Source: Calditrichales bacterium
GTDB lineage: Bacteria; Calditrichota; Calditrichia; Calditrichales; J004
Length of the DNA stretch: 64,000 nt
Direction: 5' to 3'
NCBI GenBank assembly: GCA_965267575.1
Contig: OZ254086.1
Coordinates: 320,001-384,000 of the forward strand
Shown: positions 48,083 through 58,380 of the stretch, piece by piece
How positions within the stretch are numbered: position 1 is the first letter of the stretch
How the letters are laid out: every line of letters starts with the position of its first letter
Made by a program: the position numbers and the translations under genes
Notes under the pieces: model-generated
The model's database searches: none
Seen by the model: the letters and a program-made list of their open reading frames with translations, nothing else
Told to the model about the DNA's origin: nothing

Positions 48083-48870
48083 GGTAGTTCTATTTCTCCC
48101 CTAAAAACGAATCGTGCAGGTCCTGTAATATATAAAGATTTATTCTTTTTGCGAATGTTTACGCGCCCCCCGGCACTGATAACATTGATGCCATCCCGCG
48201 TCATGTCGGAATCGGCGGCAAAGACATAAGCCGAGGCGCACATACCTGTTCCGCAGGACAAAGTTTCAGCCTCAACACCCCGTTCATATGTACGTATTTC
48301 GATTGTATCCCCGGCAACGCGCTTAAGCAGGTTAACATTCGTGCCCTTTGGAAAGTGCTGTTTGTCATAACGGATTTTGCGGGCCCATTCAATGAAGTCC
48401 GGCTTGTTAAGGTCGTCGCTAAAAAAGACGACGTGCGGCACGCCCGTATTTATGGCATAACCCGCCGTTAATTCACCTGAAATATCCAGCGTAATTGGTT
48501 GAGGCTTGCTGTTAACATGCACTTCCACGCGAATGGTGTCGCCCTCGATATAGCCCTCGTGCGCTCCGTCATCGGCGAGAAAAGTAAACGGCTTACCAGG
48601 CGCAACCCAGCCCCGCCGTGATGCAAATAAGACGGCGGCACGGCAACCGTTGGCGCACATCTCACCGCGCGAACCGTCACTGTTAAAATAATTGAAGCGG
48701 AAAGCGTGTGAACCGGCATCAGGCTGCAGGACAATCACCCCGTCTGCGCCAATGCCCAGATGGCGGTCGCAAAGGCGCTTAATCTGCGTGCTGTCCGGAC
48801 CGATCGTGTTACTGTAAATAATAAAATCGTTGCCCGTGGCCTCGATTTTTTCAAATTGCAGGGTTGTCAT
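48079..48870 (-). CDS. dapF: Diaminopimelate epimerase
   Basis: GNDF, GIGADG, EMCANG, NTGVPH, RTYERGVE.ETLSCGTG. Confidence 0.96.
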   Translation of the reverse strand: MTTLQFEKIEATGNDFIIYSNTIGPDSTQIKRLCDRHLGIGADGVIVLQPDAGSHAFRFNYFNSDGSRGEMCANGCRAAVLFASRRGWVAPGKPFTFLADDGAHEGYIEGDTIRVEVHVNSKPQPITLDISGELTAGYAINTGVPHVVFFSDDLNKPDFIEWARKIRYDKQHFPKGTNVNLLKRVAGDTIEIRTYERGVEAETLSCGTGMCASAYVFAADSDMTRDGINVISAGGRVNIRKKNKSLYITGPARFVFRGEIELP

Positions 48871-50567
48871 GGCTGGATGATCTGCACTCCCGACGTTTCC
48901 CAGCGTTTGCGCACCGTCAGCGTATCCGTTGAAACGGCAAATGGTTCGCTGAAGCGGAAAGGGTTTAAAGAGCCATGACTGAAAACGGCGTTGCTGTCCT
49001 GATCCCAGAAGGCGCGCCAGGTGTATTGGCCGTCGGGGATGTTTTGAATTGTGAAGTTGTTGTTGTTTGTCGTTTGCGTGCGGTAGTTGCGGGCGCCGCG
49101 TCCCAGGGAAGAAAAGGTGATATAAACGGGATACAAGGTTGTATCTGTACCGGAAACGCTACCGCTGATTGAACCATACTCGTCGCCGTTGTGGATTTTG
49201 AAACGTGCCCGTGTAATGGAATCGCCCAGCGCGCTGCCCCACACATCGGTCAGCAAGTTCCAGGAAAGGGTGAAGTAATACTCTTTGTCTAAAATTAATT
49301 GCCGTTTCGGTCGCACCGAAAATTCATAGACACTTGGTCGCTCGGTGACCGTTTGCAGCGTATCGCCTTCTTTTGAATATAGCCCGAAAGCCTTTTTAAA
49401 AACGGTGGAATCGACAGGTCGGGTAAACTCAAAATAAAGCTCCGTTAAAGGATGCTCGTTCCAACTGCTGTCTCGCGGTGTAAATGTCTTTAGTTGAAAA
49501 CTGTCGAGCTTGGTCTCACCACGGACGCTAAAAAACTGTCCTGCCTGCTCCAGAACGTTGCCGCTGCTGTCTCGCATGGAATTAATATTCAGACCGTAGA
49601 CGCGATCCACATCCAGGGGCGGCGTAAACAATTCCACGTTGTTCTCTTCTTCACTGCCCGGTGATACGGCCAATATCTCAAGCCCCTCATTGTTCAGGCT
49701 GTCGAACAGGAATATCTGCTCACGCGAAGGCAAGACGACTTTCTCGGTAAAGCGCATATCGACGCGCCGGTTACCGACAGCCCGTGCATTGATCAGTTCG
49801 GGAGCCGTCGTATCGAAACTGGTGAAGCGGAAATTCAAGCCCTGGTAAGCCAGAGAAGCTGAATCCAGCACAACATCGCGCAGCGGCAGGCCAACGCGCT
49901 CATTCTGCGCATCAATCGTACCATTGTTATTCTGATCAATGAGAGCAAAAACGCGGTACGTATCCGGCCGCAGGTAGTTAAGAAGGTAACTGCCGTCATC
50001 GCCGCTTTGTGAAATGTAGGAAGCCCTTTTCTGCAGATCGATGGCCGGCGTATCTGCGGGCACGCGGTAGGCCAGCAATGTAGCAGCTTTGTTCCGCGAC
50101 ACGCCAAATACGCGTCCGGCAATCCGTCCGCGATCGATCACATCGCCGCTGGAAAAAGCCAGCTGAAAACTTTGCTTGAGATTATTGCCCGCGCGCAGGT
50201 CTTTAATTTCACTGCCCAGAACCAGCACATACGTCTGTGCCGCTTCCAGCGTATCTTTTAAGATTATATGCAGCTCATCGGAGCTTTCCCATTCCTGCTC
50301 GTACTCCAGCGGAGGAGAAAAAAAGATATTACCGCCGGATGATCCCTCATTCATCCTTTCGGAAAAACGGATCCTGATACGATCAAGTTTTTTAACACCA
50401 GTGGAATCGGGAGGAGGGTAACTATAGACTATCTCCGGAGGTGTGCGATCGATCGGACCGCCACCCGGAGGCGCCTGCACAGCGCAGGAAAAAAGAAAAA
50501 AAAGGACCGCCGGCAGAAATCGTTTTAAGCGCGGACGGTCCTTAACAGAGGAGAAAAGGTACGCCAC
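48867..50567 (-). CDS. Lipoprotein with Ig-like (Big_5-type) domains
   Basis: LFSC lipobox followed by PPGGGPIDRTPP, FSERM, YRVFALIDQNNNG, FWDQDSN. Confidence 0.8.
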   Translation of the reverse strand: MAYLFSSVKDRPRLKRFLPAVLFFLFSCAVQAPPGGGPIDRTPPEIVYSYPPPDSTGVKKLDRIRIRFSERMNEGSSGGNIFFSPPLEYEQEWESSDELHIILKDTLEAAQTYVLVLGSEIKDLRAGNNLKQSFQLAFSSGDVIDRGRIAGRVFGVSRNKAATLLAYRVPADTPAIDLQKRASYISQSGDDGSYLLNYLRPDTYRVFALIDQNNNGTIDAQNERVGLPLRDVVLDSASLAYQGLNFRFTSFDTTAPELINARAVGNRRVDMRFTEKVVLPSREQIFLFDSLNNEGLEILAVSPGSEEENNVELFTPPLDVDRVYGLNINSMRDSSGNVLEQAGQFFSVRGETKLDSFQLKTFTPRDSSWNEHPLTELYFEFTRPVDSTVFKKAFGLYSKEGDTLQTVTERPSVYEFSVRPKRQLILDKEYYFTLSWNLLTDVWGSALGDSITRARFKIHNGDEYGSISGSVSGTDTTLYPVYITFSSLGRGARNYRTQTTNNNNFTIQNIPDGQYTWRAFWDQDSNAVFSHGSLNPFRFSEPFAVSTDTLTVRKRWETSGVQIIQP

Positions 50568-50918
50568 TTAGCGGGTGACGGCTTTTTCCTTAATACGTGC
50601 AGCTTTTCCGCGCAGGTCGCGCAGATAGTAAAGCTTGGATCGGCGAATATGTCCTTTGCGAACCAGCTTCAATTCGGCGATGCGCGGTGAGTGAAACGGG
50701 AAAATACGCTCAACACCAACGCCATGCGTTACTTTACGGACGGTAAATGTCTTACTGATACCGGAACCGTTGAATTTGATGCAAACGCCTTCAAAAACCT
50801 GAATACGCTCTTTGTCACCTTCGATAACGCGTACATGCACAGCGACTGTATCACCAACGCGGAACTCAGGAATTTCAGAGACGAATTGTTCTGCCGTTGC
50901 CTGATGTACTATGTCCAT
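50568..50918 (-). CDS. rplS: 50S ribosomal protein L19
   Basis: [41 protein letters not shown]. Confidence 0.99.
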   Translation of the reverse strand: MDIVHQATAEQFVSEIPEFRVGDTVAVHVRVIEGDKERIQVFEGVCIKFNGSGISKTFTVRKVTHGVGVERIFPFHSPRIAELKLVRKGHIRRSKLYYLRDLRGKAARIKEKAVTR

Positions 50919-50929
50919 TTTTTCCAGCC

Positions 50930-51631
50930 TTATTTTATTGATTTCAAATACTTTTTATACAGATCGGGTCTGTTGTTTTTTGTTACTTCGATTTTTTCCT
51001 GCTCACGCCAGGCATTTATTTTTTCATGATTACCTGTCAGCAAAACGTCCGGCACTTTGCTACCCTTGTATTCATCGGGCCTCGTGTAATACGGCGCGTC
51101 GAGCAGGTGTTCGGAAAACGAATCGGTCCAGGCCGAATCGATATCCCGGATAACGCCGGGCATCAATCTTACCAGCGAATCAATTATCACCAAAGCGCCG
51201 ATTTCTCCCGAGCTGATGATGTAATCACCAATCGAGATTTCCTGCACGTCATAAAATTCTTTAATGCGCTCATCAATGCCTTTGTAGTGTCCGCACAAAA
51301 AAACCAGGTGATCAACCAGGCTTAGCTTTGTGGCCATCTCCTGGCTGTATGTTTGGCCCCGGGGAGAAGGCATTACGATGCGTGCTTCATCCAGGCGACT
51401 TTGCGCATCAATGTGCCGCAGGCACCGGTCAAAAGGCTCGATCTTTAAAACCATGCCCGGTCCGCCGCCATACGGATAATCGTCGATTGTCTTATGCTTG
51501 TCATCCGTATAATCACGCAGATTATGCAGGAAGACATCAACGGCTCCCTTTTCCCGCCCTTTGCGGATGATGCTCTGCTGCAAAGGCAGATCGAGAATAT
51601 CAGGAAACCCGGTGACTATATCGATTCGCAT
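50930..51631 (-). CDS. trmD: tRNA (guanine37-N1)-methyltransferase
   Basis: [36 protein letters not shown]. Confidence 0.98.
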   Translation of the reverse strand: MRIDIVTGFPDILDLPLQQSIIRKGREKGAVDVFLHNLRDYTDDKHKTIDDYPYGGGPGMVLKIEPFDRCLRHIDAQSRLDEARIVMPSPRGQTYSQEMATKLSLVDHLVFLCGHYKGIDERIKEFYDVQEISIGDYIISSGEIGALVIIDSLVRLMPGVIRDIDSAWTDSFSEHLLDAPYYTRPDEYKGSKVPDVLLTGNHEKINAWREQEKIEVTKNNRPDLYKKYLKSIK

Positions 51632-51643
51632 GTCATAGAACGT

Positions 51644-52141
51644 TTAATCAAAAAGGCCATCCATCACTCGGATGACGATTTTTCTGTTTTCAACATCAAC
51701 CTGCCGTACAAACTCTTTTACCGCCGGGACCATCTGCTCTTTTCCAAACCGGTCCTCAACAACAAGTATGTCGTTGGCAGGATAATTTTCTACGCGTTTT
51801 ACTACTCCGAGCAATACACCCTGCTCGTCAAACACCTGCAACCCCTCCAGCTCATGCTGGTAGAATTCATCTTCTTCCAGCTCATACAGCTCGTCTTCGG
51901 GGATACACAGATCATGACCTCGCAAAAGCTCGGCCTGGTTTCTGTCGTTAATCTCGGAGAATTTTATAAAAGCAAAACGGTTCGAAAAGCGGGTCGCTTC
52001 GACGGTAAGAGCCTTGTAATCTTCGCCTTTAAGATAAAGCGTTTCAATTTCTTCCAGGTGCTCGGGGAAAGATGTCAGCACTTCAACCTTCACTTCTCCC
52101 TTTATGCCCTGGGGCTTTAAAACCGTTGCTACCGCATACAT
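51644..52141 (-). CDS. rimM: Ribosome maturation factor RimM
   Basis: PQGIKGEVKV, DRNQAE.LRG, EFYQHELEG; canonical gene context. Confidence 0.95.
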   Translation of the reverse strand: MYAVATVLKPQGIKGEVKVEVLTSFPEHLEEIETLYLKGEDYKALTVEATRFSNRFAFIKFSEINDRNQAELLRGHDLCIPEDELYELEEDEFYQHELEGLQVFDEQGVLLGVVKRVENYPANDILVVEDRFGKEQMVPAVKEFVRQVDVENRKIVIRVMDGLFD

Positions 52142-52151
52142 ACCGGGTGAC

Positions 52152-52382
52152 TTATTCCAGGATCTCCAGAACGGCGCGTTTGCCCGCTTTGGCAGAAGCA
52201 GCGGCCAACAGCGTCCGTATGGATTTTGCCGTTTGTCCGCGTTTACCGATCACCTTGCCCAGATCACCATCTCCCACGCGCAGTTCATATACTGTCACGC
52301 GCTCACCTTCAACTTCGGTGACTTCCACCTCTTCAGGCTTATCCACAAGATGCTTGGCGATGAATTCGACAAATTCCTTCAT
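52152..52382 (-). CDS. khpA: KH-domain RNA-binding protein
   Basis: [25 protein letters not shown]; between rpsP and rimM. Confidence 0.95.
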   Translation of the reverse strand: MKEFVEFIAKHLVDKPEEVEVTEVEGERVTVYELRVGDGDLGKVIGKRGQTAKSIRTLLAAASAKAGKRAVLEILE

Positions 52383-52440
52383 ATCGGTGCCTCCCGTTAG
52401 TTAGTAGTAACCGTATTCGCTTAGAACACCCGAAGGGAGC

Positions 52441-52968
52441 TTATTCGTCCTTGGAATCGTCACTGGAAGCGGCGTCAGCCTGTTCTTCAGCCGGCTCTTC
52501 CGCTTCTGCTTCAGCAGCGGGAGCAGCAGCTTTTTTAGGCTCCTCGGCCTCTTCAGCTTTCGCTTCCTCTTTTTGCTTCTCTTCAGCCTTCTTCTTGGCT
52601 TCTTCGGCAGCTTTTTTCTCTTTTTCAACTAAGCGCTTGGATTTCTCTTCCTGCGCTTTTTGCCAGTTTTCCATCTCCTGGGCAATTTTTGCTTCATCAG
52701 CGCCCTGTTTAATCAGGGTCCACTTAAGCCAAAGCCCTTCGCGACGCAGCAGACTGCGCACCGTATCCGACGGCTGGGCTCCGTTATTCAGCCAGTAAAA
52801 CACACGCTCCTCTTCACAATTAACCAGATGCGGTGAAGCGATGGGATCGTATGTACCTACCATTTCGATAAAACGTCCATCACGTGGTGACCGACTATCG
52901 GCCGCTACTATACGATAATAGGGACGTTTTTTGCGACCCATGCGGCGAAGTCTCAACTTAACAGCCAA
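52441..52968 (-). CDS. rpsP: 30S ribosomal protein S16 with long Ala/Glu/Lys-rich C-terminal extension
   Basis: [38 protein letters not shown] start after GGAGG. Confidence 0.98.
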   Translation of the reverse strand: MAVKLRLRRMGRKKRPYYRIVAADSRSPRDGRFIEMVGTYDPIASPHLVNCEEERVFYWLNNGAQPSDTVRSLLRREGLWLKWTLIKQGADEAKIAQEMENWQKAQEEKSKRLVEKEKKAAEEAKKKAEEKQKEEAKAEEAEEPKKAAAPAAEAEAEEPAEEQADAASSDDSKDE

Positions 52969-52997
52969 AATTTACCTCCAACTTAATTCTCAGCATT

Positions 52998-54317
52998 TTA
53001 ATTAAACGGTAAGCCACGCATACCCTTCATCGGTTTTCCGCGCAGCTGTTTTATCATCTTTTTCATCTGATCGTATTGCTTGATCAGTTGGTTTACATCC
53101 TGAACACGGGTTCCACTGCCACGTGCAATACGCTTGCGCCGGCTCCCGTTTAAAATCTGCGGCTTGCGCCTCTCTTCGCGCGTCATCGAATGGATGATCG
53201 CTTCCGTGCGGGTGAACGCACCCTGATCCACTTTGGCGTTCTTAAGCTGACCCCCCATGCCGGGAATCATGCCCAGCAGATTTTCAAGCGGCCCCATCTT
53301 CTTGATCTGTTGCAACTGGTCAAGAAAATCTTCCAGCGAAAACTCGTTCTTTCTGAGCCGCTCTTCAAGTTTCGCCGCTTTGTCCTCATCGTATGACTCC
53401 TGCGCCTTCTCCACAAAGCTGACAATGTCACCCATGCCCAATATACGCGAAGCCATGCGATCAGGAAAAAATTGTTCAAGGGCTTCCGGTTTTTCTCCCG
53501 TGCCGATAAACTTGATCGGCTTGCCTGTCACAGCACGCACCGAAAGCGCAGCACCGCCGCGGGTATCGCCGTCCATTTTGGTAAGGACGACGCCATCATA
53601 CTCCAGGCGCTCACGGAAGGCCTGCGCCGTATTGACAGCATCCTGGCCCGTCATCCCGTCCGCAACAAACAGAATTTCGTGCGGCCGCACACGATTCTTG
53701 ACATTTGCCAGTTCACGCATCATTTCTTCATCGACGTGCAGGCGGCCGGCCGTGTCAAGTATTACCGTGTCGCACATTTTGCGGCGCGATTCGGCAACAG
53801 CATTTAAACCAATTTTCAATGGGTCGCCAATGCCCTCTTCGTAAACGGGCACATTGAGATTCTGACCCAACACTTTAAGCTGCTGAATGGCAGCCGGACG
53901 ATAGACGTCCAGGGCGGCCAGCATCGGTTTGCGGCCGCGCTTTTGCAGAAAATAAGCCAGCTTGGCTGCGAATGTCGTTTTACCCGAACCCTGAAGCCCG
54001 GCAATCATAATGATTGTGGGGGGTATTCCGGCAGTCTTTAACTGCGTAGTTGATGTGCCCAGCAATTTGATGAGCTCATCATTAACGATTTTAACGATCA
54101 GCTGGCCGGGGGTTACGCTCTTGAGCACTTCCTCGCCAATGGCCTTTTCGCGAACCGATTCGATAAAATCTTTAGCAACCTTATAGTTAACGTCCGCTTC
54201 CAGCAAGGCCCGTCTGATCTCTTTCAAAGAATCAGCGATATTCTCTTCGGTAAGCTTTCCGTAACCGCGCAGTTTCCGTAATGTCGATTCCAGCCTGGAG
54301 CTTAATTCTTCAAGCAT
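52998..54317 (-). CDS. ffh: Signal recognition particle protein
   Basis: GLQGSGKTT, DVYRPAA, DTAGR, TKMDGD, M domain SRRKRIARGSG. Likely start MLEELS at 54317. Confidence 0.98.
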   Translation of the reverse strand: MLEELSSRLESTLRKLRGYGKLTEENIADSLKEIRRALLEADVNYKVAKDFIESVREKAIGEEVLKSVTPGQLIVKIVNDELIKLLGTSTTQLKTAGIPPTIIMIAGLQGSGKTTFAAKLAYFLQKRGRKPMLAALDVYRPAAIQQLKVLGQNLNVPVYEEGIGDPLKIGLNAVAESRRKMCDTVILDTAGRLHVDEEMMRELANVKNRVRPHEILFVADGMTGQDAVNTAQAFRERLEYDGVVLTKMDGDTRGGAALSVRAVTGKPIKFIGTGEKPEALEQFFPDRMASRILGMGDIVSFVEKAQESYDEDKAAKLEERLRKNEFSLEDFLDQLQQIKKMGPLENLLGMIPGMGGQLKNAKVDQGAFTRTEAIIHSMTREERRKPQILNGSRRKRIARGSGTRVQDVNQLIKQYDQMKKMIKQLRGKPMKGMRGLPFN

Positions 54318-54401
54318 CTCTTTGTCATTCCGATACAAAAGGTTATGACCGGCAAATTTACAACCCGCCTATTGTTTTAGCAAATTTATAATATAAGGCT
54401 T

Positions 54402-55715
54402 TTACACTCTCTTAAGCAAGGCGTAAAAGCCCCCATCACAGTTATTTAAATGTGAAAAAGTACGTATAAATTTCTCTCCGGCACTATAGAACGGAAAGTC
54501 ATTTGGCGGCTCCTTAAGTTCAAGCCCGGCATTCTCGTTTATAAGCGCTGTAATCGTCTCCTCATTTTCCAGCGGATCGATCGTACAGGTGCTATAGACC
54601 ATGCGTCCGCCCGGCTTGAGTGTTTTACTCAGACTGCTAACAATCTCAATTTGAAGCTTGCTGAATTTCTTTACGTCTTCAAAGGTCCTGCGCCACTTTA
54701 TATCCGGATGCTTCTGTATAACGCCGAGACCGCTGCAGGGCGCGTCGCACAAAACCGCATCAAAAGATTTTCGGAAAGGCAAATGCCGGGCATCGCCGAT
54801 GATCACGTGGGCCTTCAGGCCCAGCCTGCGCAGATTGGCCTGAATCGTTATTGCCCGCGTTGCATCACTTTCCAGGGCCAGTGCGTTGCAGGATGGCTGT
54901 TGCTCGAGAACATGCGTTAGTTTGCCACCCGGGGCGGCGCAGGCGTCCAGAAACCAATCATCCGCCTCCACGTCAAGAAGCAGCCCGGGCAGGGCCGCCG
55001 ACTCATCCTGAATGCTGCACAGGCCCTGCTCAAATAAACCCGCCGCCAGCAACGGCTGAACCTGCTTCAGGCGGACAAAACTCTCGCCCAGCCGCGACTC
55101 TTCAAACTCGACGTTTTCTTGACTCAGACGTTCCCTGAAGTCCCGCGGACTTATTTTTGTAAGATTGATGCGCACATCGAAATCGGGTAGTTTATTCAGC
55201 GCGACACACAGCGCTTCGCAAAACTCGCCGCCCCACAACTTCATCCAGCGCTTTACCATCCACAACGGCATCGACTGTTCCGTGGCTATACGTTCTTCAA
55301 TCGAATTGTACTTTTCCGGCAACTTGTTTCCGGGCAAGCGCAGAAAGCTGCGCAGAATGGCGTTCACCAGCCCGGCACTGCGCCTGTTCAGCAACGTGCG
55401 CGTGAGGTTGACGTAGGCGTTTACAGGACCGTGCGGCGCGCTTTGCATGAAATCCAGCTCATAAAGCCCCATGCGCAGCAGAACGCGTGTTTTGCCCTGC
55501 ATTTTTTTGAAATTGCCATCATATAGTTTTTTTATATACGCGTCCAGGCGGGCTTGCCAGCGCACCACACCGGCGTAAAGGTTTTTAAGATGACGCTGTT
55601 GCTGCGGGTCCAGCGCCATGTTTTTAAAATGGCGCCTTTCCAGAACATCAAGTCGTTCTCGATTTTGCTCAAAATCCCACAGGATTTTGAAAGCGATGTG
55701 GCGTTCGGTGCTCAT
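54402..55715 (-). CDS. rsmB: 16S rRNA m5C967 methyltransferase
   Basis: NusB-like N-terminus (VNAILR), QDESA, DACAAPGGK, DAPCSGLG, YSTCT. Likely start MSTERH at 55715. Confidence 0.92.
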   Translation of the reverse strand: MSTERHIAFKILWDFEQNRERLDVLERRHFKNMALDPQQQRHLKNLYAGVVRWQARLDAYIKKLYDGNFKKMQGKTRVLLRMGLYELDFMQSAPHGPVNAYVNLTRTLLNRRSAGLVNAILRSFLRLPGNKLPEKYNSIEERIATEQSMPLWMVKRWMKLWGGEFCEALCVALNKLPDFDVRINLTKISPRDFRERLSQENVEFEESRLGESFVRLKQVQPLLAAGLFEQGLCSIQDESAALPGLLLDVEADDWFLDACAAPGGKLTHVLEQQPSCNALALESDATRAITIQANLRRLGLKAHVIIGDARHLPFRKSFDAVLCDAPCSGLGVIQKHPDIKWRRTFEDVKKFSKLQIEIVSSLSKTLKPGGRMVYSTCTIDPLENEETITALINENAGLELKEPPNDFPFYSAGEKFIRTFSHLNNCDGGFYALLKRV

Positions 55716-55746
55716 TGTTGAATTGTTGAATTGTTGAATTGTTGAA
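55715..55746. repeat. 8-bp tandem repeat at the rsmB start
   Basis: (TTGTTGAA)x4, perfect. Confidence 0.9.
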
Positions 55747-55803
55747 AATAGCCAATTTTTTGGGGTGCCGGCAATGATGGACGATGATTTAATCACGCTT
55801 CAA

Positions 55804-56679
55804 TTATCCCGGGTTCAATATTTGCGCGATCGTTTTGCTAATGGCCGGAAGTATGAGTGCGCGGTGAATTTCTTCGCGGCGGCTTATCATGGTTGTGTCC
55901 GCCGGACGCGCCGGGCCACCAACATCTTTTAGCGAGATCGCCTTTAACCTGTCCCGACTGTATTGCAAAGTATCGCATATTTTTTGGCCCAATTGCAGAC
56001 GGTTGATCCGCTCTCCGCCGGGCAAATGCAAGATGCCTGTTGTATTTTTATCTGCCAGATCCCAAATAGCCCCGGCAGCAAAAGAGGCAGCCAGTGGTGT
56101 GCGCCATTCATCAATAAAGAGCGGCACCTCCTGATTGCTTTTCAGCCGTGTGATGAGCCAATCTACAAAATTTTTATGCCTGCCGAGACCGGCGCACAGC
56201 AAAAGCGGCAATCGAACGACCAGCACATTGTCCTGTGTTTGAAGAACTTCCCTCTCTGCTTCCAGTTTTGAGCGGCCGTAAACGTTGACGGGCATACAAA
56301 CGCTACCTTCGGAATAAGGGGCGTTGTCCCCGTCAAAAACGATGTCCGTGGAGAGAAAAACGAAACGAGCTCCCTGTACTGCGGCCCAGCCGGCCAGTTC
56401 AGCGGAGGCATCGCGGTTGATTTGAAAGGCCTGTCGTGGGTGCTTTTCACATTCGGCCAGGGATGACATGGCAGCGGTGTGTATCACAAGGTCGAAGCGG
56501 AGTGTTTTTAGCTGCGGCGCAATCTCACTTGCCAAATCAAGGTTGACCAGGCGCTCTGGTGCAAGATTGGTTGAATGAGGTTTTGCGCGGACGGTCCCGA
56601 AAAGCTCCGCACCGGGCGGTACATGCTTTTGAAGGTATTGAGCCAGGTAGCCGTCAGCGCCGGTAAGCAGGACGCGCAT
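55804..56679 (-). CDS. dTDP-4-dehydrorhamnose reductase-like SDR oxidoreductase
   Basis: LTGADGYLA, HTAA, STDIVFDG, YGRSK. Confidence 0.88.
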   Translation of the reverse strand: MRVLLTGADGYLAQYLQKHVPPGAELFGTVRAKPHSTNLAPERLVNLDLASEIAPQLKTLRFDLVIHTAAMSSLAECEKHPRQAFQINRDASAELAGWAAVQGARFVFLSTDIVFDGDNAPYSEGSVCMPVNVYGRSKLEAEREVLQTQDNVLVVRLPLLLCAGLGRHKNFVDWLITRLKSNQEVPLFIDEWRTPLAASFAAGAIWDLADKNTTGILHLPGGERINRLQLGQKICDTLQYSRDRLKAISLKDVGGPARPADTTMISRREEIHRALILPAISKTIAQILNPG

Positions 56680-56680
56680 G

Positions 56681-57442
56681 TTAAAAGCGGTGGCTTAAAC
56701 GCAGACCCCAGACCGGGGCATTATAATAATCATCCACGAAAAAGCGGTATTCTGTTTTGGCGGCAAGCGCTTTGTTGTGTTTTCGCGCCAGACGCATAGC
56801 GTTAATACCGCTGACCAGGTGATTGACCAGAATACCCGTGATAATATAGACTTCACGGCTTTCCACGTTAACCGCATCAAGCCTTTTGGCATCGTACTTC
56901 AGGCGGTTTTGGCGACTGTCCCATTCCCAGTAAAACGCTTCGGTGTTGGTGTAAAGCGCGTCCACATTGCGGTCGCGCAATCGCTGTTCATTATAGGCAT
57001 AAATGTCATCAAACTTGCCGATGTTGATCCAGTACTGCTTGTCCTTGCCCGCCCGGCTTACGTCGGCATGCTGGGCGGCAAAGGTGCGGTAATTATCGCG
57101 CAGATTGTTAAAGTGGTAATCGTTTAAAATAAGCGCGGACCAGGCCAGCACTTCCATGCCCAGAAAAAAACCGGCGTGGCCTTTTTCGCCAACATAGTAT
57201 TCTCCTGCCCCGGGCAGCAGCAGGCTAAAAAGCAAGGCGCGGCCTACAGATTTTTTTTCGGCAGCCACATCGAAGCTATAAGGAGACGGAATCCCGTTTT
57301 CCGTTTGCAGATTGTATTCACTGTTCAACATATCGCGGCCCTCGCTAAAAGGCAGCACCTGCACATCCTGGGCCTGCAATGAAGCAAAAGTCAGAAAAAA
57401 AGCAATCGCAAAAAAACGTATTAAAAAAGCCGAATTTACCAT
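56681..57442 (-). CDS. Exported/membrane hypothetical protein (paralog B)
   Basis: Signal peptide; KKSVGRALLFSLLLPGAGEYY, NHLVSGINA..LAR..N. Confidence 0.8.
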   Translation of the reverse strand: MVNSAFLIRFFAIAFFLTFASLQAQDVQVLPFSEGRDMLNSEYNLQTENGIPSPYSFDVAAEKKSVGRALLFSLLLPGAGEYYVGEKGHAGFFLGMEVLAWSALILNDYHFNNLRDNYRTFAAQHADVSRAGKDKQYWINIGKFDDIYAYNEQRLRDRNVDALYTNTEAFYWEWDSRQNRLKYDAKRLDAVNVESREVYIITGILVNHLVSGINAMRLARKHNKALAAKTEYRFFVDDYYNAPVWGLRLSHRF

Positions 57443-58314
57443 GCCACACTCACTCCCAGGGTGTTTACCGCCTCGCCGGCGTAGATCTTCTGCCCGCCGT
57501 AAAAAGAAGCCTGTACCCTTTTGTTGTAGCTGCGCGCTGTGAACGCGGCGTCAAAAGCGCTGACCAGGTGATTGAGCATGATGACGGTGGCCATGTTTGT
57601 AGCCATTTGATAAAGATCGTTGCTCTTGTTGCGCAGACTGCGGTAGTGCTGAATATTGGGCGTAAGATTGCCGCTGTTGGCACCGGCATCATAGTAGGTC
57701 CAGCTCGGCACATCATCCCAGCCGGAGCCGAACTGACTGAGGTATTTGTAAATCATCTCGTAATATTGCTGGGTTTTGGTATTGGGCAGCGTGTGGGTAA
57801 AACCGGGGTATCCGGCGCTGCTTTCCAGGTCGCGCAGGCGGTTGATATTCGTGCTGGTATAGTCAGCATCGCTGATAACGCCGCTGCCTTGAGTTTGCAG
57901 CTGATCGTATTGCCAGTCATCGTTTTCCAGGGCCAGCATATAAACCTTGCTCCAATAGCGCTGTTCGCTCCAGTGCTCGTCACCGAAGTCTCTCATCTGC
58001 GCGTCCTTGTCGTCTCCGCGTGCATCGTAGCTGAAATAACCGGCGATGGCAGCCACTTCCACCACGGCGAACAGCGCGGCTTTCCAGTAGCTCTCGGCGT
58101 AGAATTCACCGGCACCCGGTATCACGGCGGAAAAGAGCGCGGCCTTTAGCGGCGATTTCTCCTGCGCGCGGGCTTCTTCCTGCGTCTGCAGTCGCACGTC
58201 GTTAAGCAGCTTCTGTTTCTCGGCGTTAAACATATGCCGGGAAACTGCAGCGGGCTCTCCGGCCCAGGATGTTGCAGCCAGTAATAAAACGATCAAAATT
58301 AAATTACGCATCAT
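57436..58314 (-). CDS. Exported/membrane hypothetical protein (paralog A)
   Basis: Signal peptide; KSPLKAALFSAVIPGAGEFY, QQYYEMIYKY..F..GWDD, NHLVSAFDAAFTAR.YN. Confidence 0.8.
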   Translation of the reverse strand: MMRNLILIVLLLAATSWAGEPAAVSRHMFNAEKQKLLNDVRLQTQEEARAQEKSPLKAALFSAVIPGAGEFYAESYWKAALFAVVEVAAIAGYFSYDARGDDKDAQMRDFGDEHWSEQRYWSKVYMLALENDDWQYDQLQTQGSGVISDADYTSTNINRLRDLESSAGYPGFTHTLPNTKTQQYYEMIYKYLSQFGSGWDDVPSWTYYDAGANSGNLTPNIQHYRSLRNKSNDLYQMATNMATVIMLNHLVSAFDAAFTARSYNKRVQASFYGGQKIYAGEAVNTLGVSVAW

Positions 58315-58380
58315 ACATCAAACCTCTTTTTAGGCAAAGATAAGGCGGCGGCGCAAAAATAAAAGCACCAATTTGCGACC

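Noticed and set aside
52401-52628. 75-aa Lys/Arg-rich ORF
   Set aside because: Alternative frame of the low-complexity rpsP tail; no slippery site or RBS seen.
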